Positions 25,573 through 33,646 of a DNA stretch of 33,646 nucleotides are shown here, piece by piece. Made by a program: the position numbers and the translations under genes. Origin of the DNA: a virus (Duplodnaviria > Caudoviricetes); IMG/VR virus record IMGVR_UViG_3300043466_000290, positions 1 to 33,646 of that record; one strand, 5' to 3'. Positions within the stretch are counted from its first letter, which is position 1, and every line of letters starts with the position of its first letter. The notes under the pieces are model-generated. The model was not told the origin of the DNA and made no database searches. It saw only the letters and a list, made by a program, of their open reading frames with translations.

Positions 25573-27644
25573 TGACAAGAATATTCCTAGAAAACTTTGA
25601 GTTAGATATTGATAAGGGTTTGAGTAATCAAATAACCTTTTCGGTAAGTGATTTAAAAAACATTGATAGCAAAACAACGGCATTTAGTAAGACTATTATA
25701 TTGCCAGGGACTGCTACTAACAATAATTTGTTGGGTAATATATTTGAGTTTAATAATGCAAACTTTACCAATAATTCTTCTGCAAACGTAGGGTATAACT
25801 TTAATGCAAGTAAGACTGCTAAATGTTCTATTGAAGTAGACAGAATGACGGTTATTAAAGGAGTTTTTAAATTGCTTGAAATAATAGTTGACGGAAAGAA
25901 TGTAGAATATGAATGTAGTGTTATAGGAGAATTAGGTGGATTCTCAATGAAGCTAGGAGCAAAGAAATTAGAAGAGTTAGATTTTAGTGCTTACAATCAT
26001 ACGTATAGCTACCAAAACATTGTAGCAAGTTGGGATAACTATCAAGGTGGAGCAGGTTATTATTACCCTCATATTGATTATGGTTTATATTCTACAAATA
26101 AGCACGATTGGGATTATCAAACATTCAGACCGGCTTTATTTGTTAAACAATACCTAGAGAAAATATTTGCAGCAGCAGGTTACACATATGACATTACTTG
26201 GAGTAATGGTTTTGAGGTTGATAGATTTAAAACATTAATTATTCCTTTTAACAAAAAGAGATTAACTAAATCAGGAACACAACAAGTAGGATGTACACCT
26301 CAAGCAACTACTGGTTGTATTGACCAAGCTACACCAATGCCTATTCAATGGCAAAACTTTAGCGGAACAAACTGGACTATTAATGGTGGAACTACAGGTA
26401 GTGTTTTTACTTATACAGGACTTGACCCTACAACAGTAACGTTTACAGTAGATTTAAACTTTACTGCTTCCACAACTAATACACCAGTTAATAATGGTAT
26501 TTATATAGAAACTTTAAAGAATGGAGTTGTAATAACTTCATCGATAAAATTCATTCCACCATTCTCGGGAACTGTGGCTGATTTCTATGTTGTAAATTTA
26601 GTAGATGAGCCTATTGTTACAGGAGATTATTTTTCAGTACAAGCAAGAGCAGATGATACAGGTATGTGCTATGATAGTTTAATTAATCAAACAGGTTCAG
26701 TAAGTATTAGTTCAGATATTCCTATTATATTAAATGTAAACTTAGGAGATACTGTTTCTTTAAACGATTGCATACCACCAAACATTTTACAAAAGGATTT
26801 CTTTGCTTCTATTTTAAAGTTATTTAATCTTTATGTAGATGAAAATAGGTTTGAAGAAAAGCATTTGATTATCAAGCCATACACAAGTTATTATGATGGT
26901 ACTGTAGAAGATTGGAGTGCTAAAATAGACAGAAGTAAACCGATAAGAATCAAGCCTATGTCAGAATTAAATAGTCGTTATTATTCTTTTAAATACAAAG
27001 ATGATAGTGATTATTGGAATGAGTTATATAGAAAGAGATACAATGAAGGATATGGTAGCAGAATATTTGATAGTGAGTATGAATTCTCAAAAGAGACGGA
27101 AAGCGTAGAAATTATATTTTCTCCAACCGTATTAGTAAGTATAACGGATGAGGATAAAGTTTATAGCACTATCTATAAATTTACAAATAGCCTAGAAGAA
27201 AGAATTGATAGTAATATCAGAATATTACAAGCAAGAAAAATAACAGGTGTTTCAAGTTGGCAATTAAAAGAAGGTTCAACTACCTTAACTACATTAACCG
27301 TTTATGGTTATGCAGGGCATTTTAATAGTCCTGTTACAGTAGGTAATGATTTAAACTTTGGAGCAACTAGAGAATTGTTTTATTCATTAGCAGGTGGATT
27401 ATTAAATCAAAATCAATTTAATATTTATTACAGTCCTTATATGGCTGAGATAACAGATAAGAATAGCAGGTTGTTAAATTGTAATGTTAAGCTAACTGAT
27501 ACGGATATATTTAATTTAAGTTTTGCATCTTTTAAATACATAGATGGTGGATTATATAGATTAATTAAATTAACAGACTACGTACCAGAATCGAATGAAA
27601 CAATAAAAGCGGAATTTTTAAGGGTAATAAATAAAGAATATTAA
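25572..27644 (+). CDS. Tail tip / baseplate hub-like protein
   Basis: FSKTIILPGT..NN, RPAL, QKDF...KLFNLY and DWS.K.D motifs. Confidence 0.6.
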   Translation: MTRIFLENFELDIDKGLSNQITFSVSDLKNIDSKTTAFSKTIILPGTATNNNLLGNIFEFNNANFTNNSSANVGYNFNASKTAKCSIEVDRMTVIKGVFKLLEIIVDGKNVEYECSVIGELGGFSMKLGAKKLEELDFSAYNHTYSYQNIVASWDNYQGGAGYYYPHIDYGLYSTNKHDWDYQTFRPALFVKQYLEKIFAAAGYTYDITWSNGFEVDRFKTLIIPFNKKRLTKSGTQQVGCTPQATTGCIDQATPMPIQWQNFSGTNWTINGGTTGSVFTYTGLDPTTVTFTVDLNFTASTTNTPVNNGIYIETLKNGVVITSSIKFIPPFSGTVADFYVVNLVDEPIVTGDYFSVQARADDTGMCYDSLINQTGSVSISSDIPIILNVNLGDTVSLNDCIPPNILQKDFFASILKLFNLYVDENRFEEKHLIIKPYTSYYDGTVEDWSAKIDRSKPIRIKPMSELNSRYYSFKYKDDSDYWNELYRKRYNEGYGSRIFDSEYEFSKETESVEIIFSPTVLVSITDEDKVYSTIYKFTNSLEERIDSNIRILQARKITGVSSWQLKEGSTTLTTLTVYGYAGHFNSPVTVGNDLNFGATRELFYSLAGGLLNQNQFNIYYSPYMAEITDKNSRLLNCNVKLTDTDIFNLSFASFKYIDGGLYRLIKLTDYVPESNETIKAEFLRVINKEY

Positions 27645-27645
27645 G

Positions 27646-29328
27646 ATGGCAAAACAAGTAATAGCATTTGAGATAACTTCCGATTCAAAACAAGCAGAGG
27701 CATCGGTAGGTAGTTTTAAAAAACAATTAAGGGAAGCTAATAATGAGTTGCTTAATATGTCGTCTCAATTCGGAGAGACATCTAAAGAGGCAATTAATGC
27801 AGCAAAGAAAGTAGCCGGTCTTAAAGATGCTATTGGCGATGCAAAAGCATTAGCTGAAACATTTAACCCTGATAAAAAGTTTGTTGCTTTAGGAGGTGCT
27901 TTACAAGGTGCTACTGCAGGATTTAGCGCATTACAAGGAGCGATAGGTTTATTCGGAGAGGAAAATAAAGATTTAGAAAAAACTTTATTAAAAGTTCAAA
28001 GTGCAATGGCTTTGCAGCAAGGGATTAGCGGAGTTGCAGGCGCAATGGATTCATTTAAATTATTAGGTAATCAAGTAAAGGGTAGTCTAGTAAATGCGTT
28101 TACTACATTAAAAGGTGCTATTATAGGAACAGGTATAGGCTTATTGGTTGTTGGAATAGGTTTATTAGTAGCAAACTTTGAAAAGGTTAAAGAGGTAATG
28201 CTTAATCTAATTCCTGGTCTTGGTAAGGTAGCTGATTTCTTTGGAAATATGATTGAAGCGATTACAGATTTCGTAGGTGCTACAAGTCAAGCTGAAAGGG
28301 AATTACAAAAGTTAAATGATAGAACAAATGAAAGGAATGCAACTATAGACCAACAAATGAAAGTTCTTGGTGCTATGGGAAACCAAGAAGCTGCAATATA
28401 TAAACTAAAGCAAGAAAGGGCTGAAGGGGAAGTTGAAATGTTATTAGCAAAAACAAAAAGAACAAAAGAAGAAGATGCTAAATTAATAGAATTAAATACA
28501 CAAAGAACAGTAAATGAAATTGAAAATACTAAAAGAATTGAAAAGGCAAATGAAGATGCAGCAAAAAAATCAAAAGAATTAAGAGATAAAGCTGCAAAAG
28601 AAAGAAAAGAAGCAGAGGAAAAAAGAATTAAAGATTCTGATGCAAGTATTGAAGCAGTAAGAAAGCAAACGGCTTTAGACATAGAAAATGCAGCTAAACA
28701 AATAAAAGAGCAAGAACAGTTAAACGAAAGAGAAGCATTTTTTGCAAAAACAAAAGTAACTATTAACCAAGATGCAGCCAACGCAATAAAAGCACAAACA
28801 CAATTAACCGAATTACAAAAATCAGATATTTTAAAAAATTCTTTAGATGAAGATTTAAAAAATGCAGAAATATTAAAAGATGCTAAAATAAAAGCTACAG
28901 TTGATACTTTAAATATTGTTAGTGATATTTTAGGCAAAGAAAGTGCAGCAGGTAAAGCAGTTGCAATAGCTAGTGCATTAATAAATACTTATTTAGGTAT
29001 TTCTGCAGGTGTTAAATTAGGATTCCCTGCAGCTATTCCGGCAGTATTGGCAGCATCGGTAACAGGTTTTAAAGCCGTTAAAAGTATTATGGCTACTAAG
29101 TTACCAGGAAAGGCAAGTGGCGGTGCTAGTGCAGGCGGTTCAATGTCAGCACCATCTTTATCAAGTGCAACTGCTCCAATAACACCACAAGCGCAAACAA
29201 CTACTTTATCTACTCAATCAATTAATCAAATAGGAGTAGCAACTTCAAGGGCATACGTACTAGAAACTGATGTAAGCAGTAACCAAGAAAGGTCACAAAG
29301 ATTGAATAGGGCTGCTAGGATAAACTAA
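27646..29328 (+). CDS. Tape measure protein (560 aa)
   Basis: Ala-rich helical protein with coiled coils and hydrophobic GIGLLVV segments. Confidence 0.75.
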   Translation: MAKQVIAFEITSDSKQAEASVGSFKKQLREANNELLNMSSQFGETSKEAINAAKKVAGLKDAIGDAKALAETFNPDKKFVALGGALQGATAGFSALQGAIGLFGEENKDLEKTLLKVQSAMALQQGISGVAGAMDSFKLLGNQVKGSLVNAFTTLKGAIIGTGIGLLVVGIGLLVANFEKVKEVMLNLIPGLGKVADFFGNMIEAITDFVGATSQAERELQKLNDRTNERNATIDQQMKVLGAMGNQEAAIYKLKQERAEGEVEMLLAKTKRTKEEDAKLIELNTQRTVNEIENTKRIEKANEDAAKKSKELRDKAAKERKEAEEKRIKDSDASIEAVRKQTALDIENAAKQIKEQEQLNEREAFFAKTKVTINQDAANAIKAQTQLTELQKSDILKNSLDEDLKNAEILKDAKIKATVDTLNIVSDILGKESAAGKAVAIASALINTYLGISAGVKLGFPAAIPAVLAASVTGFKAVKSIMATKLPGKASGGASAGGSMSAPSLSSATAPITPQAQTTTLSTQSINQIGVATSRAYVLETDVSSNQERSQRLNRAARIN

Positions 29329-29354
29329 ACAACTATTTTTAAATTATATATTAT
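29329..29354 (+). promoter_or_regulatory. Candidate late promoter ACA-N13-WATATAWTA
   Basis: ACA-actatttttaaat-TATATATTAT, ending 4 nt before the ATG. Confidence 0.45.
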
Positions 29355-29358
29355 AAAT

Positions 29359-30084
29359 ATGAAATTGCCTATTTACGATTTAATTATAAATCAAGATGAG
29401 AATAATGATGCTGAAGTTTCTTTTGTGGCACTCGTTGACAGTCCTGCAATTAAAAAGGACTTTCTTGCATTTAAAGAACAAGAATTTATAGACCCAAACA
29501 AAGGGGAACAAAAAGACGAGTTTTTAAGTCGTTGTATTAGTTATGTAATTAACGAGGGTAAAGAAACAGAACAAGCAGTAGCAATATGTAATAGCTTATG
29601 GGAGCAACACTTTGAAGAGAAACCTATGGCATTTGCTATACAGTCTGAAAGTGAGCATATCATTACTGGTCCTTTAATGATTCCGCAACAATTAATCTAC
29701 CGTAATTCAGAGCAATTCGGAGAACACTATGTAAAGTTTTCAGTTGATACCATCAAGCAGATAGCTATTAAGTTTAGCAAAAAGGGATATCAAAAGAACG
29801 TTAACCTAATGCACGAAGCAGATATGCAGGTTGAAGGACTTACAATGTTTGAGAGTTTTATCAGCGATTCTAAAAGAGGTATTAAACCAATGGAAGCATT
29901 TAAAGACTTACCTGATGGAACTTGGTTTGGAAGTTTCTATGTTGAGAATCCTAAAGTATGGGAGTTAATAAAAAAAGGAGAAGTTAAAGGATTTAGCGTT
30001 GAAGGTATGTTTGATTATGAAGCACCTTTGTCAGAAGATGAAAAACAATTAGCAGAATTAAGAGAAATTTTAAACAGTTTTTAA
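29359..30084 (+). CDS. Prohead protease (XkdF-like)
   Basis: LVDSPAI, NLMH, GTW and KGFSVEG motifs. Confidence 0.8.
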   Translation: MKLPIYDLIINQDENNDAEVSFVALVDSPAIKKDFLAFKEQEFIDPNKGEQKDEFLSRCISYVINEGKETEQAVAICNSLWEQHFEEKPMAFAIQSESEHIITGPLMIPQQLIYRNSEQFGEHYVKFSVDTIKQIAIKFSKKGYQKNVNLMHEADMQVEGLTMFESFISDSKRGIKPMEAFKDLPDGTWFGSFYVENPKVWELIKKGEVKGFSVEGMFDYEAPLSEDEKQLAELREILNSF

Positions 30085-30099
30085 AAATCAATATAATAG
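30074..30099 (+). promoter_or_regulatory. Candidate late promoter ACA-N13-WATATAWTA
   Basis: ACA-gtttttaaaaatc-AATATAATAG, ending 4 nt before the ATG. Confidence 0.5.
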
Positions 30100-30103
30100 T
30101 AAT

Positions 30104-30661
30104 ATGGAAGCAAAAGAAATTTTACAAAAAGTAAAGCAATATTTTAACGAATTAGCTGCTGCACCTGAAGTTGAACCAATGGCTGAAGCCACCGAATATG
30201 AATTAAAAGACGGTGGTAAGGTTATGATTGACAAATTAGAGGTAGGCGGTATTGTTATGATTGATGGAAATGCTGCATTGCCAGGAGAAGCTGAATTGGT
30301 AGACGGTACAAAAATGACTATCGGAGATAATGGTGTTATCACTGCTATTGAAGTTGTTAGCCCTGAAGCTGAACCAGTTGAAGAACCTATCGAAGAAGAT
30401 ATGGGAACTAAATTTGCAGCTTTTGAATCATTAACAAATGAGAAATTTGCTAGTTACGAAACTAAATTTGCAGCTTACGAAGAAAGATTTTCAGAGTATG
30501 AAGCAAAAATGAAAAAAGCAAACAAGGTAATTGATGAACTTTTGAAATTATCAACTTTATTGGTAGAAGCACCAGTACAAGCACCTGATAATTCAGTAAG
30601 AACTTCAAATGCTTTTAAAGAAGTAGAAGAGAAAAAAACACTAAATATTTTATTTAACTAA
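30104..30661 (+). CDS. Putative scaffolding protein
   Basis: Acidic coiled-coil protein between the protease and the capsid gene. Confidence 0.65.
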   Translation: MEAKEILQKVKQYFNELAAAPEVEPMAEATEYELKDGGKVMIDKLEVGGIVMIDGNAALPGEAELVDGTKMTIGDNGVITAIEVVSPEAEPVEEPIEEDMGTKFAAFESLTNEKFASYETKFAAYEERFSEYEAKMKKANKVIDELLKLSTLLVEAPVQAPDNSVRTSNAFKEVEEKKTLNILFN

Positions 30662-30675
30662 ACAATTATAAAAAA

Positions 30676-31641
30676 ATGGCATTAGCTTTTAGCGGATTAT
30701 CCGCATACACTAAACAACTTGTTAAACCACTTTTGACAAGTGCAGTATTTGACGCAAAGACACAACAATTAATCTTATCAAGCGGTATCGTTATTCCGAA
30801 CGTAAAAAGTTCAGTAGCTATTCCTTTGATGGAAACAGATGCAGTATTTGCTGCACAATCTTGTTCTTTCGATGCAAGTGGTACAACTACTTTCTCACAA
30901 CGTACTATCACAGTAGGTAAGATTAAAGTAGAAGAGAAAATCTGTCCGAAGGATATGGAAGCGTACTTCACTCAAGAAGCGTTGAAAGCAGGTTCAACTT
31001 ATGAAGATTTCGGTAATGCTGATTTCCAAAAAGCATTCTTAGATAAGAAAAACGCACGTATTGCTTCTCAATTAGAGACTGCAATTTGGCAAGGAGATGC
31101 AACAGGTGCAACTGCAAACACAAACAAATTTGACGGTTTACAAAAATTAATCGCTGCAGGTTCTCCAGTTGATGCAAACGTATCAGGTTACACAGGAATC
31201 AGTGGTTCAGCTATTGCAACTGTTAACGCTTCAAACGTTATCGCTTGTACTGAAGCTATCTACAAAGCTATCCCTGTTGCTGTATTGAGCAAAGGAGATA
31301 CTAAAATCTTTGTTGGTAATGATTGGTATCGTTTATTAATCCTTGCTTACAGAGAGAAAAATATGTTCTCTTACAATCCACAAGATTCTCAAGCATCTTC
31401 ATTTATCCTACCTGCAACAAACGTTGAAGTGGTAAGTGTAAATGGTTTGAACGGAACTGGTGATGCTTATGCAATCAGTCTTTCAAATATGGCTCTTGCA
31501 GTTGATTTGGTTGACGAAGAAGGTTCATACAAAATGTGGTATTCAGAAGATAACAATGACGTAAGGTATCGTGTGGAATTTAAAATCGGTGTAAACGTTG
31601 CGTTTACAAACGAGTGTGTTAAATTCGTAGCAGGAATCTAA
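30676..31641 (+). CDS. Major capsid protein
   Basis: 321 aa, following protease and scaffold; IWQGD...FDGL motif and codon use typical of high expression. Confidence 0.85.
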   Translation: MALAFSGLSAYTKQLVKPLLTSAVFDAKTQQLILSSGIVIPNVKSSVAIPLMETDAVFAAQSCSFDASGTTTFSQRTITVGKIKVEEKICPKDMEAYFTQEALKAGSTYEDFGNADFQKAFLDKKNARIASQLETAIWQGDATGATANTNKFDGLQKLIAAGSPVDANVSGYTGISGSAIATVNASNVIACTEAIYKAIPVAVLSKGDTKIFVGNDWYRLLILAYREKNMFSYNPQDSQASSFILPATNVEVVSVNGLNGTGDAYAISLSNMALAVDLVDEEGSYKMWYSEDNNDVRYRVEFKIGVNVAFTNECVKFVAGI

Positions 31642-31650
31642 TTTTCTAAC

Positions 31651-31682
31651 ATAGAGAGGTGGTAACCCCATCTCTCTATTTA
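31651..31682 (+). terminator. Hairpin / probable partial terminator after the capsid gene
   Basis: ATAGAGAGGTGG-taacc-CCATCTCTCTAT followed by a short T run. Confidence 0.65.
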
Positions 31683-31694
31683 ATACTTATAAAT

Positions 31695-32213
31695 ATGCCT
31701 TGTGCAATAGTTAGCGGATATACAATAGACTGTAGAGAGACCATTGGTGGTATAGATGCAGTTTTTTTCGCAGAATATGGAAATGTAACAATAAACGATG
31801 CTAGTGGTATCGTTACAGGAATTACCAAAGTAGCTGGCAAGAAATTTTACAAATTTGAAATACCTACTAAATCTAGTGCGGTTGCTGCAAGCAATCCAAC
31901 AGGTTCTATTGAAAACGGTACTTTGTTTTTTGAGCAAACTTTAGATTTCCCTATCAATAAGAGAGATGCTACCACAAGAAACATCATCACTACTTTAGCT
32001 AAAAATAAAGTTGTAGCAGTTACCCTTGATAAAGATGGTACTTACAGAATGTACGGTAAAGGCGCAGGTCTATACTTAGCAGCAAGTACAGGTACAAGTG
32101 GTGCAGCAGCAGCAGATGCAAATGGTTATATGTTGAAATTTGAAGGTTCAGAAAGAGAAGATTTCTTTGAAGTAACCAACGCAGTTGGAATAGCTTTGAC
32201 TACTGCAGGATAG
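31695..32213 (+). CDS. Major tail (tube) protein
   Basis: MPCAIVSGYTIDC...GGI...ENGTLFFEQ...NGY; the ATG at 31695 is preferred over the GTG at 31659. Confidence 0.7.
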   Translation: MPCAIVSGYTIDCRETIGGIDAVFFAEYGNVTINDASGIVTGITKVAGKKFYKFEIPTKSSAVAASNPTGSIENGTLFFEQTLDFPINKRDATTRNIITTLAKNKVVAVTLDKDGTYRMYGKGAGLYLAASTGTSGAAAADANGYMLKFEGSEREDFFEVTNAVGIALTTAG

Positions 32214-32235
32214 AGTTTTTTAATTTTTAATTTAT

Positions 32236-32265
32236 GCCCCGACCGATGAAAGTCGGGGTTTTTTT
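32236..32265 (+). terminator. Rho-independent terminator
   Basis: CCCCGAC-cgatgaaa-GTCGGGG followed by T7. Confidence 0.85.
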
Positions 32266-32267
32266 CT

Positions 32268-32636
32268 ATGATTAATTTAACAAAAGGACTTACACAGACT
32301 ATTTATTTTACGGCTACTGAGAAGGCTACCATTAGCAATCCTTACTTTTTATTTGTGTTTATCCACAGAGTAACGGGCGATGTTGTTAAATTGATGGCTA
32401 CAAATCAAAGTATTACTGGTAGATACGATAGTTTTGCATTTACAGTTAATAATTATTTTAATTTAAAGGAAGAGGGATTTTGGGGTTATACAATACACCA
32501 AAAAGTAAGTTCAGGAGATTTAACAGTTAGTGGATTAGTGTTAGAAGAGGGATATATGTTTTTAAATCCTGCTACACCTTTTGAACCTACTAAATACGAA
32601 GAACAAAATAATAATTTCGTTACTTATGGATTATAA
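32268..32636 (+). CDS. Hypothetical virion protein (possible head closure)
   Basis: Beta-rich 122-aa protein directly upstream of the portal. Confidence 0.55.
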   Translation: MINLTKGLTQTIYFTATEKATISNPYFLFVFIHRVTGDVVKLMATNQSITGRYDSFAFTVNNYFNLKEEGFWGYTIHQKVSSGDLTVSGLVLEEGYMFLNPATPFEPTKYEEQNNNFVTYGL

Positions 32637-33646
32637 AAATATTATCACAATAAAATTCGCACAAGCGGAGCAACCACGATTTGAAGAAAAGAGGGCTAAG
32701 GGGTATGTTGAATTTGGTGGCAATAATAACTATCCTGAATATTTAATTGGTTTATTTAATGAAAGTCCAAAACACGGAGCAATCATTAAAAGTAAGACTA
32801 ATTATATTTTCGGTCAGGGATGGGATGGTATTGAACAGAAGGCAAACACTAAGGGAGAAACGTGGAATCAAATTACTAAAAAATGTATTTTAGATGATGA
32901 ACTTTTTGGAGGTTATTATCTACAAGTTATATATAACTTACTAGGTCAGATTAAAGATGTGTATCATCTTGAGTATCATAAAGTTAGAACAAATAAAGAG
33001 CAAAACGAATTTCAAGTTAAAAACGATTGGGCAGATAATAAAGAAAAGCCTAGACATTATCCTGCTTTTAATATTCAAGACCCAACTGCAAGTCAGGTTT
33101 TATTTGTTAAACAATACAATCCAAAGTCTGATATTTACCCTTTGCCTAACTACTTTCAAGGTTTAAATTACATTGAGAGTGATGTACAGGTAAGTAGACA
33201 TATTTTAGGTAATGCTAAAGATGGTTTTGTTGCTACTACTTTAATCAATTTAAATGGTGGCGAACCTGCAGAGGAAGCGAAAGAGGCAGTTGAAAGAGGA
33301 ATCAAAAAGAAATTTACAGGTAGTGAGGGAGATAGGGTTGTTATTATGTTTAACAAGTCAAAAGATAATAGTGCTGAAATATTGCCTTTATCTTCAACGA
33401 TGTTAACTAAAGAAGATTTCACAAACGTAAATAATTTAATTCAACAAGAAATATTTGCCTGTCATCAGGTTACTTCGCCTTCATTGTTTGGTATTAAGAC
33501 AGAAGGGCAGCTTGGCGGGTCAACAGAGATTAGAGATGCTTATAAGATATTTGCTAATACTTATGTAAACGAAAGACAACAAGCGATTGAAGAAGTATTT
33601 AATCAATTATTTGATTATGTAGGTATTAAAGGAGATTATGAATTAA
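32626..33646 (+). CDS. Portal protein, N-terminal part (missing from the ORF track because it runs off the contig end)
   Basis: MDYKNIITIKFAQ...FGGNNNYPEYLIGLFNESPKHGAIIKSK...YPLPNY...HQVTSPSLFGI...GQLGG; 298 codons up to the repeat at 33520. Confidence 0.88.
   Translation, partial: MDYKNIITIKFAQAEQPRFEEKRAKGYVEFGGNNNYPEYLIGLFNESPKHGAIIKSKTNYIFGQGWDGIEQKANTKGETWNQITKKCILDDELFGGYYLQVIYNLLGQIKDVYHLEYHKVRTNKEQNEFQVKNDWADNKEKPRHYPAFNIQDPTASQVLFVKQYNPKSDIYPLPNYFQGLNYIESDVQVSRHILGNAKDGFVATTLINLNGGEPAEEAKEAVERGIKKKFTGSEGDRVVIMFNKSKDNSAEILPLSSTMLTKEDFTNVNNLIQQEIFACHQVTSPSLFGIKTEGQLGGSTEIRDAYKIFANTYVNERQQAIEEVFNQLFDYVGIKGDYEL
33520..33646. repeat. Copy of bases 1-127
   Basis: Exact match. Confidence 0.97.

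Noticed and set aside
32236-32265. Hammerhead-like core (cgatgaaa)
   Set aside because: It lacks CUGAUGA and the three-stem architecture; a simple terminator explains it.
32359-32367. Perfect DnaA box TTATCCACA
   Set aside because: It is a single copy inside a coding region and compatible with chance.
1665-33422. All minus-strand ORFs in the track (e.g. 28287..28937, 14742..14954, 33168..33422) and the nested + ORFs 22385..22576 and 32957..33166
   Set aside because: They are shadows of well-supported + strand genes or of the repeat mosaic and have no recognisable motifs.
33520-33646. Terminal repeat as a biological direct terminal repeat
   Set aside because: It is exactly 127 bp (a common assembler k-mer) and lies in the middle of the portal gene, so it is best explained as circular assembly overlap.
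1-33646. Stop-codon reassignment or a lysogeny module
   Set aside because: Genes are intact and tightly packed under the standard code, and no integrase or CI-like repressor was recognised.

Overview
This window is a complete, circularly permuted, AT-rich tailed-phage genome. It is 33,519 bp once the 127-bp assembly overlap (1-127 = 33520-33646) is removed. All credible genes are on the + strand. A Bacteroidetes host is inferred from a TTTG-N20-TAnnTTTG promoter, the absence of Shine-Dalgarno sites, and signal peptides ending in A/S-Q. Early and replication genes lie at 9.7-16.9 kb: an ERF annealase, a YqaJ exonuclease, HTH proteins, an initiator with iterons, DnaB, VRR-NUC and HNH. These are followed by a ParB/glycosyltransferase/TET-JBP DNA-modification cassette, a sigma-like factor, a GT-B plus methyltransferase cluster, the terminases, a frameshifting tail chaperone, tail and head genes, a portal that wraps the contig ends, a fibre module and a lysis cassette. 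I recognised no integrase, repressor, polymerase, tRNA or CRISPR array. Three features stand out. (1) The only tail-fibre-like protein and two small fibre-module genes carry Bacteroidetes-type Sec signal peptides and are rich in the D-(S/T)-(A/V/L/I/M/T) O-glycosylation sequon, suggesting an exported, host-glycosylated fibre module. (2) A ~420-bp non-coding mosaic of unrelated palindromes and direct repeats follows dnaB and may be a decoy-operator array. (3) The TET/JBP plus glycosyltransferase cassette has no C5 methyltransferase, suggesting a base-J-like modification. All product calls come from motif recognition by eye; no database search was run.
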